DNA of 64,000 nucleotides from a virus. The notes beneath the pieces are model-generated. The model was not told where the DNA came from. It did not search any database and worked only from the letters and a program-made list of their open reading frames with translations. The position numbers and the translations under genes were made by a program. How positions within the stretch are numbered: position 1 is the stretch's first letter; each line of letters starts with the position of its first letter. The DNA lies in the IMG/VR virus record IMGVR_UViG_3300020159_000429, positions 1 through 64,000 of that record; one strand, 5' to 3'. Positions 46,640-56,419 of this stretch are shown here, piece after piece.

Positions 46640-48262
46640 ATGCCATATCAAATTAACAAATTTAGCGGAGACCGACTAGTAATACTAGAAGATGGTACAC
46701 TAGACTCTACTACGAACCTCAATCTAGTAGGCAAAAATTTTGCCGGCTACGGCGAAACACAAAATGAAAACTTTGTGTGGATGCTAGAAAATTTTGCCGG
46801 TGGGATCGCTCCTGGAAAACCGTTATCGGGCCAACTGTGGTATGATTCTATTACAAAAAGAATTAACGTTTACACAGGTTCTTCTTGGAATGTAGTAGGC
46901 GGAACAAAAATTTCTAGTACAGAACCTCTTGATCCAGCCCCAGGCGACGGGTGGTATGAATCTGACAGCGGTAAATTTTATGTATATGACGGAACTGATT
47001 TTCAATTTGTAGGTCCGGAAACTGTAGTAGGGTTTGGAAATACTCGACACATGTCAACTACGGTAATTGATTCTGTTGGAAACCCTGTACCAGTTATTCA
47101 AACAGTAATCAATGACGCAATAATATCTATTACTACTGACAGAGCATTTACACCGTTAACTCTTATTACTGGATTTACATCATTTGTTAAAGGCGTCAAT
47201 CTTTCAACATCATCAACAATTAACGGCAGCATCACCGGAAATGCTGGTTCAGCAAATCAACTATCAACAATAAGAAATATCAACGGTGTTGGATTTAACG
47301 GCAGCTCAAATATTACAATTACAGCAGCAACACCAGAAGATTTAATAGCCGGCAATTATATAACAGGTTCTACGTTTGATGGGTCAGCACCAGTTACGTG
47401 GAATGTTAATGCGTCATCAAATAATATTCAAAATACTGTAGTTGCTCGCGACAGTTCTGGAAATTTTGCTGCTAATACTGTAGTAGCTAATCTCACAGGC
47501 AATACTATTGGAACACACACTGGCCCAGTTGTTGGCGGAGTGACTGGCAACGTTCTTGGCAATGTTACTGGCAATGTACTTGGCAATGTTACAGGTGATG
47601 TTGTTGGCAATCTTACAGGTTCGGTAATAGGTAATGTTCAAGGAAATATCAAAGGTAGTTTAGTTGCCAGTGATAACTCTGTTGCCTACGACGGTGTAAC
47701 AAAAATATTTACAGGAACATTCACTGGTAACGCTACGTCGGCTACTAGACTTCAAAATGAAATATTAATTAATAATGTTCCGTTTACTGGCCAGTCTAGC
47801 ATAACTGTGTTTGACAATACAAAATTTCCTACAACTGGCGGGGAACTAACTGGTCCGTTAGTGTTAGCAAATGACCCCACAACAGGATTAGGTGCTGCTA
47901 CAAAACAATATGTTGACTCTCGTGATCAAATAATTAAGTCTGAAGTTATCGCATTATTTCCAACAAACTATGTTATTACCTACGGTAACACTCAGTACAG
48001 TCAAGCAGGATTTACTAATCAAGTAGGTTCGTTTAATTTTGGTGCAAACTTTTTTGACGTTTTTCCTCCTATGGGAAAAACAATAGGAGACCTTGAAGCA
48101 TTTATTCCTAGTATTGCTGTTATTCACTACGCAGGTCGAGTTGACGGAAACGATTCGATGGTTTGTACTTGGAGCAATTTAGGCGATAGGATTAGAGTTT
48201 ATGTACAGAATACAGAACAACGATCAACCCCAGCTGCCAACTGGTTAGCTATTTGGAGATAA
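46640..48262 (+). CDS. Tail fibre with GNV(T/L) repeat shaft and distinct C-terminal tip domain
   Basis: Shared N-terminus; RNINGVGFNGSSNITI and AATKQYVD fibre motifs. Confidence 0.8.
   Translation: MPYQINKFSGDRLVILEDGTLDSTTNLNLVGKNFAGYGETQNENFVWMLENFAGGIAPGKPLSGQLWYDSITKRINVYTGSSWNVVGGTKISSTEPLDPAPGDGWYESDSGKFYVYDGTDFQFVGPETVVGFGNTRHMSTTVIDSVGNPVPVIQTVINDAIISITTDRAFTPLTLITGFTSFVKGVNLSTSSTINGSITGNAGSANQLSTIRNINGVGFNGSSNITITAATPEDLIAGNYITGSTFDGSAPVTWNVNASSNNIQNTVVARDSSGNFAANTVVANLTGNTIGTHTGPVVGGVTGNVLGNVTGNVLGNVTGDVVGNLTGSVIGNVQGNIKGSLVASDNSVAYDGVTKIFTGTFTGNATSATRLQNEILINNVPFTGQSSITVFDNTKFPTTGGELTGPLVLANDPTTGLGAATKQYVDSRDQIIKSEVIALFPTNYVITYGNTQYSQAGFTNQVGSFNFGANFFDVFPPMGKTIGDLEAFIPSIAVIHYAGRVDGNDSMVCTWSNLGDRIRVYVQNTEQRSTPAANWLAIWR
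47498..47660 (+). repeat. Imperfect 12-bp tandem repeat encoding Gxxx tetrapeptides
   Basis: ggcaacgttctt ggcaatgttact ggcaatgtactt ggcaatgttaca ... encoding GNVLGNVTGNVLGNVT. Confidence 0.75.
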
Positions 48263-48263
48263 C

Positions 48264-48623
48264 ATGTACTACGTTTGTATAGAAAATAATCAAATCACAA
48301 CAATATTAAATTATCAGCCTAATGTTCCTGATACTGTTTTAGTGACTGAAATTACCAATGAACAATATGATCAACTTGTTAACAACACACATTTTTTTAA
48401 TGTGGCAACAAACGCAGTTGAGTCGTTGACTAATGAACAAATACTTGCTAAGTCAACGTTTGATCAAAACAGTGTACATAGAGAATTTTTAAACACTACT
48501 GATTGGCAAGTACTAAGACACATAAGACAAAAGGCATTGGCGGTGCCCACAACATTAACAGACGCCGAATATTTAGAATTAGAACAGCAAAGACAAACTG
48601 CTGCTGACAGCATAACAGAATAA
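48264..48623 (+). CDS. Putative tail fibre assembly chaperone
   Basis: 119 aa directly after a fibre gene; FLNTTDWQVLR resembles the L..TDW motif of fibre chaperones. Confidence 0.6.
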   Translation: MYYVCIENNQITTILNYQPNVPDTVLVTEITNEQYDQLVNNTHFFNVATNAVESLTNEQILAKSTFDQNSVHREFLNTTDWQVLRHIRQKALAVPTTLTDAEYLELEQQRQTAADSITE

Positions 48624-48635
48624 TAGGAGCAAGTA

Positions 48636-50417
48636 ATGCCATACCAGATTGATAGATATAACGGGTCGTTCTTTATAGAGGTACCCGATCAAACGGTCGA
48701 TAGTTCTAGCTGCGACTTGAAATTAATTGGCAAAAACTATGCCGGGTATGGTGAAGTCACTAACGAAAATATACTATACTTATTAGAAAACTTTAGAGGA
48801 TTTAGTGCTCCGAGAAGACCGCTCACTGGTCAAATATGGTACGATGAGTTATCTAACAAGATTAAATTCTATGACGACACCCAACAATGGAAGACAGTCT
48901 CAGTAACAGACGTAGCATTGTTAGCACCTACAGGGTTATCTGTAAAAGACAAAGGTAATCTATGGTATAACGATACACTAAAACAATTGAATGTGTGGGA
49001 CGGTGCTGACTATGTTATTATTGGACCTGAGCTAGCTGTAGGGTTTGGGAAAACTAAACTCAGTTCAACTACCATTCGTGATAATGGAAACGTTGAACAT
49101 GCTCTCATAGAAGTTTATAATAACGAAAAAGTTGTAGCAACAATTAGCTCGACCGAATTTGATATTGGTGTTATTGACACTATTGCCGGCTTTACAAGAA
49201 TTAAACAAGGCTTTACATTAGTTGACACACCGTCTACTGGAGTAACAACTTCTGGTTACAAATATTGGGGTACTGCAAGCAACACAGAAAAATTTAGTGG
49301 ATTTACTACCGCTGATTTTGTAATGCGAGGGATGAACGGATCAACATTTGGCGATACTGGTGTAACACTAGGTGATGACAGTGATTTAAAAATATTTGTT
49401 GAAGACTTTAATAAAGTAGTAATATCAAGCCAATTAAATGGTCCTTTAAAAATTCGTGTTAAAAATGGAAATATCAACAATGATGTTGCTATTTTTACAG
49501 AAGCTGGTATGGAGCCTAACACTACTGAAATATATAATTTAGGCTCAAATAGTAAAAAGTGGAATGAGATACACTCTAAAGATGTATTCGGTAATGTACG
49601 AGGAACTCTACAAGGTGATTTGCTGGCAGAAGATGATCAAGTAATGTTTGACGCTAGTCTTAAAGAATTTTACGGAACACACGTAGGCACTCAACAAGGC
49701 GATATTAGAGCAGCAGATAATTCTCTTTGCTTTGATTCTTCTGCCAGAGCATTTATTGGTGCCCAAGGAACATTTACTAACATTACTACAGATTTATTGA
49801 CATTGATAGACAAAGTAATTGGAGACCTTAAAGGTGATATCTATGCCAGCGATGATACTATTGCTTACAACGCAGGCACAAAAACCTTTACCGGCACATT
49901 AACAGGCAATGCTGCTACTGCGTCTAAATTCCAGTCTCCAAAATTTATCAACGGTGTTCCGTTCGATGGATCAGAGAATATCAATGTAGTTGACGAAACA
50001 AGAGTTGCTAAGACTGGCGGTGTTATGTCAGGTTATTTGACTTTAGTTGATGACCCAATTAATGAAAAACATGCTGCTACTAAAAAATACGTTGACGATC
50101 AAATTGCCAATAAAACGTTATATTTTAGTTTAGATACCAAGGGGCTATCAATAATAGGCGCTGGTGTTGGATCAGTTGCTGGATTATTAAATCAACTAGC
50201 ACCACCATTAAATTTCCGTGTCGGTACAATGGCACATATTGCCAGCACAATACAGAATGTTTCAACATCTACTTCTATATCTAGAGGAGGTTGGATTAGC
50301 GTGTCATTTGTAAGCAATGTGTCAGTAACAACTACAGTTGACAATCCGTCACGCAATAACTCATTAATTTACAGAGTTAATTCTATTCAATCGAGTTGGG
50401 AATATGTCTCAGGTTAA
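48636..50417 (+). CDS. Tail fibre/virion appendage protein
   Basis: Shared N-terminus; INGVPFDGS and HAATKKYVD motifs. Confidence 0.8.
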   Translation: MPYQIDRYNGSFFIEVPDQTVDSSSCDLKLIGKNYAGYGEVTNENILYLLENFRGFSAPRRPLTGQIWYDELSNKIKFYDDTQQWKTVSVTDVALLAPTGLSVKDKGNLWYNDTLKQLNVWDGADYVIIGPELAVGFGKTKLSSTTIRDNGNVEHALIEVYNNEKVVATISSTEFDIGVIDTIAGFTRIKQGFTLVDTPSTGVTTSGYKYWGTASNTEKFSGFTTADFVMRGMNGSTFGDTGVTLGDDSDLKIFVEDFNKVVISSQLNGPLKIRVKNGNINNDVAIFTEAGMEPNTTEIYNLGSNSKKWNEIHSKDVFGNVRGTLQGDLLAEDDQVMFDASLKEFYGTHVGTQQGDIRAADNSLCFDSSARAFIGAQGTFTNITTDLLTLIDKVIGDLKGDIYASDDTIAYNAGTKTFTGTLTGNAATASKFQSPKFINGVPFDGSENINVVDETRVAKTGGVMSGYLTLVDDPINEKHAATKKYVDDQIANKTLYFSLDTKGLSIIGAGVGSVAGLLNQLAPPLNFRVGTMAHIASTIQNVSTSTSISRGGWISVSFVSNVSVTTTVDNPSRNNSLIYRVNSIQSSWEYVSG

Positions 50418-50901
50418 ACTAGTTAAAAACTATCTTACTAATGTAGACGAGATTATTACTCTGGCTGAAAAGCATAGAGATAAATTTTCTAGTCGAACCG
50501 ATAATGACACTCACAACTTTAAAACCACCTACGGTAACAGCAAATTAAAAAGCCTATTTTATTTTAATATGGATGACGAATTAAAGGCTGCTATCACTAA
50601 GACAATTCCAGACGATCCTAGATTTATTACCAGCATGACTATCAACAGATATGACCCGGGTGATTATCTACTAAGACACAAGGATAGCATTGGCGGATAT
50701 TGGAAATTTAAATTAATATTCTTACAAAGTGAAAACCCGCATTTCAAATATTTTGACGATAGCGGCACTGAACACATTGTAGAAGAAGAGCCCGGAGCAT
50801 ACGTTGATATGCCCATTCACTTCGAACACGAAGTTACAGAAATTGGACTTAACGAACAGTCTAAATACAGTTTAGTTTTAGCATGGGGAAGGATAGGATA
50901 A
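50404..50901 (+). CDS. 2OG-Fe(II) oxygenase
   Basis: INRYDPGDYLLRHKD (HxD), distal HEVTEI, KYSLV. Confidence 0.78.
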   Translation: MSQVKLVKNYLTNVDEIITLAEKHRDKFSSRTDNDTHNFKTTYGNSKLKSLFYFNMDDELKAAITKTIPDDPRFITSMTINRYDPGDYLLRHKDSIGGYWKFKLIFLQSENPHFKYFDDSGTEHIVEEEPGAYVDMPIHFEHEVTEIGLNEQSKYSLVLAWGRIG

Positions 50902-51371
50902 TGTCTAAGAAATCAAGAGATTTATTGTTTATAAAAAGCACCGGTGTGTTAATTGGTGAAATAACACCAGAAACAGATACTCAAACCTTAAACCTGGACA
51001 ACTTTGTTGTTAAAACAGTTGACCTAGATGAGGATATTGGTGACTATTGGTACGGTGATTACACTACTGGCGAAGTAAGATCAAGGGCAGACAAGCCTGT
51101 AATTACAGAATCGTATGTAAAGTATAATACTAATGTGTCTATTTTAAATGAATATCCAATACACAAACAATTGAATATTTTAATAGACCTATTAGCCAAC
51201 AGTGATCTGCCTAAAACTGCTGAATTTACTGCTATGGTTGAGTTTTTAAATTCGTCTAAAGCTAATCACCGAGAACAGATCCAGGCATATTCAACAAATC
51301 CTAATGCTTACACCTTTGTTTCTGAAGCTGAAGAAAAAGAAATTATAGCAAAAAAGCAGAATTTTGAATAA
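50901..51371 (+). CDS. Hypothetical protein, possibly a fibre chaperone
   Basis: TAATG coupling with the oxygenase stop favours ATG 50901 over the track's 50883. Confidence 0.55.
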   Translation: MSKKSRDLLFIKSTGVLIGEITPETDTQTLNLDNFVVKTVDLDEDIGDYWYGDYTTGEVRSRADKPVITESYVKYNTNVSILNEYPIHKQLNILIDLLANSDLPKTAEFTAMVEFLNSSKANHREQIQAYSTNPNAYTFVSEAEEKEIIAKKQNFE

Positions 51372-51379
51372 TAAAATAC

Positions 51380-51387
51380 GATAAATA
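51380..51387 (+). promoter_or_regulatory. T4-type late promoter
   Basis: Intergenic GATAAATA upstream of 51409. Confidence 0.6.
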
Positions 51388-51408
51388 CAGAGAATTGGAC
51401 GAACAACT

Positions 51409-53205
51409 ATGACATACCGCGTAGACAGATATAACGGAACGTTTTTAACAAATGTTTCAGACGGAACCATTGACAGTACCACAGACCTTAAGTTTGTTGG
51501 TAGAAATTATACTGGCTACGGTGAAGTACAAAACGAAAACTTTTTACATCTATTAGAAAATTTTGCCAATACTGTGCCACCAACAAAACCAATTAGTGGC
51601 CAAGTGTGGTACGATTCTGTTAATAAAAAATTAAAATTCTATGACGGTACTAAATTTAAAGTAGCTAACGGTGCTGAGATTGCGTCTAGTCCTCCGCCGG
51701 GTCTAACTGCTGGTGATTTTTGGTTTGACACTAATACCAATCAGCTATCAGCATGGAACGGATCAAGTTTTGTTCTTATCGGGCCACAAAGTGCTCCGGG
51801 ATTCGGAACATCGCAAATTGTAACTCAGGTTGTAAAAGATTCTAATAATACTAGCCATGTAATTTTACGTGCGGTAGTTGGCGGAGTTACTACTGCTATT
51901 TTTAATAATGATGACGATTTTACTTTATCGACCTCAAATAACATTGCTGGATTTTCAGAATCAGGGCGTCAAGTTAAAAAAGGTATTACTTTAAATTCTG
52001 TAAGTTCGACTGGAGTAAGCACAGGTCAAGTATTTTGGGGAACTGCTAGTGACGCTCAAAAACTTGGCGGTGTTTCGCCAGCTAACTATATTCGTTCAGA
52101 TATTGAAGGCGGTTTTAATAACACAATTGGATTCCAGGCTGGGTTAACAGTTGGAACTAGTATTAGAAAAGATTTAAAAATTTATGTAAACTCCTCAGTT
52201 GGTCAACAACCAATCATTGAAAATCAAATTAACGGTCAGATATTAGTTAGAATCAGTAATGGCGCATCAAATATTGACAAAGATGACATGATGATTTTCT
52301 CCAGACAAATTTATGATGTAGCTGATCAAGATTCAGAATTCTGTATTTTACCAGGAGCAACGTCAAAATACAATCTCGGATATGCTGGTAAAAAATGGAA
52401 TAAAATATTTGCTGAACATCTGTTTGGCGATGTTGAAGGCGATGTTATTGGAAATTCAACAGGTGTTCACAAGGGTAGTGTTAGGGATAACTCAAACGTT
52501 ATTTCTTTTGATGCTGACACAAGAACATTCTTTGGAAAATTTGAAGGCGAATTTGCCGGTCCTATTGTAGGACAAGCATCGTCTGCTATTTCTGCTACAC
52601 GGTTACAAGTTGGTTTAAACATTTATAATCCTAGTGATTTAGCATTGCCCGGATCAGCATCGATCCCGATTAGAACAGCTAACGGAACAATCAGTGCTGT
52701 GTTGTTTAATGGTCAATCTGTAGATACACAGTCAATAGAAGGACGCTTGCCATCAGTTGAAAAAGATCCAGATACTGTTGTACTAAGAACAGTCGGTGGT
52801 GACATCAATGCTAGATTCTTTAACGGTACTTCAACAAGCTCTAGATATGCTGACTTAGCAGAAAAATATCTAGCTGATAGGGAATACGCTGTGGGTACAG
52901 TAGTAGCTATTGGTGGTGAAGCAGAAGTTACTGAAGTACAATTTGGTGTTAGAGCTATTGGTGTTGTTTCGGAAAACCCAGCATTCAGAATGAACGAAGA
53001 TTTAGAAAACGGAACATATATAGCATTAAAGGGAAGAGTTCCTGTTAAGGTAATTGGAGCTGTTAGGAAGGGTGATAGGCTAGTAGCAGCAAGCAATGGC
53101 TGTGCTATCAGAGCCAGTTTTCATCAACATCCGGATGTGTTTGCCATAGCCTTAGAAACATCAGACAACATAGAAATCAAATTAATAGAAGCACTAGTGC
53201 TATAA
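51409..53205 (+). CDS. Tail fibre with C-terminal intramolecular-chaperone (peptidase G2-like) domain
   Basis: Shared N-terminus; C-terminal YADLAEKY...GVVSENPA...GRVPVKV...KGDRLV. Confidence 0.78.
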   Translation: MTYRVDRYNGTFLTNVSDGTIDSTTDLKFVGRNYTGYGEVQNENFLHLLENFANTVPPTKPISGQVWYDSVNKKLKFYDGTKFKVANGAEIASSPPPGLTAGDFWFDTNTNQLSAWNGSSFVLIGPQSAPGFGTSQIVTQVVKDSNNTSHVILRAVVGGVTTAIFNNDDDFTLSTSNNIAGFSESGRQVKKGITLNSVSSTGVSTGQVFWGTASDAQKLGGVSPANYIRSDIEGGFNNTIGFQAGLTVGTSIRKDLKIYVNSSVGQQPIIENQINGQILVRISNGASNIDKDDMMIFSRQIYDVADQDSEFCILPGATSKYNLGYAGKKWNKIFAEHLFGDVEGDVIGNSTGVHKGSVRDNSNVISFDADTRTFFGKFEGEFAGPIVGQASSAISATRLQVGLNIYNPSDLALPGSASIPIRTANGTISAVLFNGQSVDTQSIEGRLPSVEKDPDTVVLRTVGGDINARFFNGTSTSSRYADLAEKYLADREYAVGTVVAIGGEAEVTEVQFGVRAIGVVSENPAFRMNEDLENGTYIALKGRVPVKVIGAVRKGDRLVAASNGCAIRASFHQHPDVFAIALETSDNIEIKLIEALVL

Positions 53206-53215
53206 GGAAATAAGA

Positions 53216-54442
53216 ATGCCAACAATTACACCAGGAGTAACCCCAATATCATTTAGTGACTGGGATAATTTATATAATACGCTGTTAACTATTATAGGAC
53301 CAATCGCAGTTGATAATACTGGAAAACCTTTGTCTAGTTCTAAGGGTAACGGATACGGTTTAACTTCGGCTTTTTTAAATTCTGCCCCTTATCCTTTTAC
53401 AAAAACAATCACATCAATAAGTAGAGCTAACCCTGCAGTAGTATCAACAGGTTCGGTTAACCATGGGTTTCAAAACGGGGATATTGTTTATCTTTCAGGA
53501 TTGCCAGGTGCGTGGGCTAGTTCTAGTCTAGAAGGCCAATATTTTGAAGTAGCTAATCGAACTAACACTACGTTTGCCTTAAAAGATACGTTTCTAGCAA
53601 CGTTTGGAACACCATTTGCTGGAACAGGTACGGTCACACAACCAATTGTTCATAAAAGTCAATTTGACAGGATTAAACTAGACTTAGACGCAGTGTATAC
53701 ACATATATTTGCTACAAATTCAAGCACGACTGGGCCAACTAGAAACACAACAATTCAAGGATCTGTTTACAATCAATATTATACAGCAATTGATCAAGCA
53801 CTGGCAAATAAGTTAGTGATAAAAACTTACGACGAAGTACTAGCAGCATCTAGAACACAAACATCAACATGGGGTGATGGGGCCGCAGGACTTGATGCCG
53901 AGTTTACAATCACTTGGCCAGATGAATTAAAGTTTTTTCAATACTGGAATACCGGAAGCATGATTCGATTTGGTCTAACTATCACTGATCCGCAAACATC
54001 CGGCCAGCAAGCTGCCAAAGAGGCTAGCTGGGTACAAGTAGCAACTGATAATTTTCCAATGTATTACCCTGGGTTTACTAAAGCTATAATGGGTTATAAT
54101 TCAACTACGTTTGCTCCTGGTAGAACGACAGACACCAACAATTTTACAGATGAAGGTGCGTTTACATCATCAACAGTGGGGTTCTCACAGATCTACGATA
54201 AAAGACCTACAAGTGGTACATACAATACCAACTACATAAGAATGGAACATTTTAGAACAGTAGGTAACCCGGCTCAAATTCAATTTAGACTAAACTTACA
54301 AGATCAAGTAAACAACGCATTTACTGGTGGCGTGACCGCTAATGTTACGTTCACTGTCAGTTTAATATACACAAAAACACCAATTCCTCTAAGTTGGGAT
54401 CCATCCACACAAATTACTGTCAGTTTCACAAATAACCTCTAA
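53216..54442 (+). CDS. Putative virion structural protein
   Basis: 408 aa, T/S/G-rich; ITSISRANPAVV..HGF..GD.V module; AAGGA SD. Confidence 0.6.
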   Translation: MPTITPGVTPISFSDWDNLYNTLLTIIGPIAVDNTGKPLSSSKGNGYGLTSAFLNSAPYPFTKTITSISRANPAVVSTGSVNHGFQNGDIVYLSGLPGAWASSSLEGQYFEVANRTNTTFALKDTFLATFGTPFAGTGTVTQPIVHKSQFDRIKLDLDAVYTHIFATNSSTTGPTRNTTIQGSVYNQYYTAIDQALANKLVIKTYDEVLAASRTQTSTWGDGAAGLDAEFTITWPDELKFFQYWNTGSMIRFGLTITDPQTSGQQAAKEASWVQVATDNFPMYYPGFTKAIMGYNSTTFAPGRTTDTNNFTDEGAFTSSTVGFSQIYDKRPTSGTYNTNYIRMEHFRTVGNPAQIQFRLNLQDQVNNAFTGGVTANVTFTVSLIYTKTPIPLSWDPSTQITVSFTNNL

Positions 54443-54447
54443 TCTAG

Positions 54448-54478
54448 TTAGCTCGGCATATATAACATGTCGAGCTAA
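54448..54478 (+). promoter_or_regulatory. Intergenic stem-loop abutting the ATG at 54482
   Basis: TTAGCTCGGCAT-atataac-ATGTCGAGCTAA, 12 bp with one G-U pair. Confidence 0.6.
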
Positions 54479-54481
54479 ACT

Positions 54482-54802
54482 ATGGAAAAATCTCTTGAAA
54501 CTATAATTAAAAAATCTGACAGGCTGTTAGCTGTCAAGATGAAACGTCAATCCCTCAAAGAAAAATTTGACGCAAACATTACATTTGGCCTAAATGGTGG
54601 TATTTTTAAAATAGACCAATCACTGATATCATTTGTTAATACAATTATATCACTAGGTAAAACTCAAAATGTTGTATTACTTGATGTAAATCAAACACCA
54701 ATCGTAATCGAGGATCTTAATTGTTTCCTACAACAAATTGTAGATCAGTATTTTATGTCTTTGGGTGCGTATCACGCAGGATATCAAGATCTTAAAAAAT
54801 GA
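54482..54802 (+). CDS. Hypothetical protein
   Basis: 106-aa ORF with ATGA overlap into the first glycosyltransferase gene. Confidence 0.7.
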   Translation: MEKSLETIIKKSDRLLAVKMKRQSLKEKFDANITFGLNGGIFKIDQSLISFVNTIISLGKTQNVVLLDVNQTPIVIEDLNCFLQQIVDQYFMSLGAYHAGYQDLKK

Positions 54803-55572
54803 ATAACGGTGTAGTAATTTTTGGTCACAATTCCAAAGATATTGATTATGTAAAATTAGCTGACATATCTGCTAGACTTGTTGTGGCTAATTTAAAAGTT
54901 CCTGTTACTTTAATCACTGATAGTGTGTCATTATCAAACACAACAACATCTCTTAAAAACATTGACAATTTAGTTGTACTTGATCGACCATCTACTAATA
55001 ATACTCGGGTGCTGTTAGGATCAACGACAGAGTTTATTAATACCAATCGATATGTTGCTTATCAATATACCCCCTACGATAAAACACTACTAATTGATTC
55101 TGATCTATTGATCCTATCTAATAAATTAAGTGCCTACTGGAATTCGACTCGAGAGTTTTTGATTACTGGAAGTATGACAGTGTTAGATGGCACGTTGTCA
55201 GACAGAGAAAAAAAATTATCACCAACAACAATTCCGATGAGATGGGCAACCGCTATTATGTTTTCTAAAACAGAGTATGTTGAGACTATATTTAAAACAG
55301 TCAAATATATCCAAGATAATTGGTTTTATTTTATAGACCTATATAACATGCCTCCTTGTAGTTTTAGAAACGATTATGCGTTTACTATTGCTAATCACAT
55401 TGTTAACGGGTTTGTTCCTACAGATAATTTTCTTCCAACACCCCTAATGGCATTAGAACATCAGTCTTTAGAAAAACTCGATGTTGATCACGCAGTAATA
55501 GACAGTACTATTATACAATCCGATATTCATGTAATGAACAAATACAGTATATTAGGAGTTGAGTTTGAATAA
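54799..55572 (+). CDS. GT-A fold glycosyltransferase (GT8-like)
   Basis: TPYDKTLLIDSD (DxD), FRNDYAF, HVMNK. Confidence 0.72.
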   Translation: MNNGVVIFGHNSKDIDYVKLADISARLVVANLKVPVTLITDSVSLSNTTTSLKNIDNLVVLDRPSTNNTRVLLGSTTEFINTNRYVAYQYTPYDKTLLIDSDLLILSNKLSAYWNSTREFLITGSMTVLDGTLSDREKKLSPTTIPMRWATAIMFSKTEYVETIFKTVKYIQDNWFYFIDLYNMPPCSFRNDYAFTIANHIVNGFVPTDNFLPTPLMALEHQSLEKLDVDHAVIDSTIIQSDIHVMNKYSILGVEFE

Positions 55573-56419
55573 TGATTTTGGATATCTAATAGTAATATCA
55601 AAGAGTACAGCTCATCGGTACGACCTGATGGCAATATTACTAGCACAATCTATTAAGCATACTCAAAAGAGCGGATACGATAAAGTTGCTGTAGTTACCG
55701 ATGACAAAGAAAAATTGTCTTGGTTACAGGGCATGCCTTATTTTGATCAAGTAATTTTTTGGGACAACAAAAATTATTGGGATGGCCGATCATGGATGGA
55801 TGAATTATCTCCATGGAAATATACTGTATGTCTTGATGCCGACATGATATTTTTTAGAGATACTAGTCATTGGGTTGACTACTTTATTCAACACTCGTAT
55901 CTTTATATTGCTAATACTGTATTACAGTACAACGGCGAGGTACTCAACAATACATTTTGCCGAGGTACATTTATAGCAAATAAACTTCCGTCGTTATATT
56001 CTGCTTATACGTTTTTTGACAAGTCAGATAAATCAAAAGAATTTTTTGAACTAGGCAGACAAATACTATTAAATCCTATAGAATTTAAAAATTGCTTTTT
56101 ATCAAAACATATTCCCAACGTGATTGGTACTGATGAAGCTTTTGCTCTAGCAGCAAAGATATTAGATATAGACAACGATATTGCTTACCCGTTGACATTT
56201 CCAAGATTTACACATTTAAAATCTATTCTTCAAACAGGGGTAAATGGCGGATCGATTCCTTTAGAGCTTGGCTATTATTTTGATGACAGTAATTTTAAAA
56301 TTGGAGTCTTTAATCAAACAGAACTGCTTCATTATGCCGATAAAGATTTAGATATTGGGATGTTAATTGACCTCTATCAAAAAAAGTTTATGAAATTAAT
56401 AAAGGCACACGATGAATAG
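55559..56419 (+). CDS. GT-A fold glycosyltransferase (GT8-like)
   Basis: SPWKYTVCLDADM (DxD), TDEAFAL, FTHLK, LHY. Confidence 0.72.
   Translation: MSLNNDFGYLIVISKSTAHRYDLMAILLAQSIKHTQKSGYDKVAVVTDDKEKLSWLQGMPYFDQVIFWDNKNYWDGRSWMDELSPWKYTVCLDADMIFFRDTSHWVDYFIQHSYLYIANTVLQYNGEVLNNTFCRGTFIANKLPSLYSAYTFFDKSDKSKEFFELGRQILLNPIEFKNCFLSKHIPNVIGTDEAFALAAKILDIDNDIAYPLTFPRFTHLKSILQTGVNGGSIPLELGYYFDDSNFKIGVFNQTELLHYADKDLDIGMLIDLYQKKFMKLIKAHDE

Noticed and set aside
42349-53205. Diversity-generating retroelement or invertase shuffling of fibre tips
   Set aside because: No reverse transcriptase, recombinase, template/variable repeat pair or inverted cassettes seen in this window.
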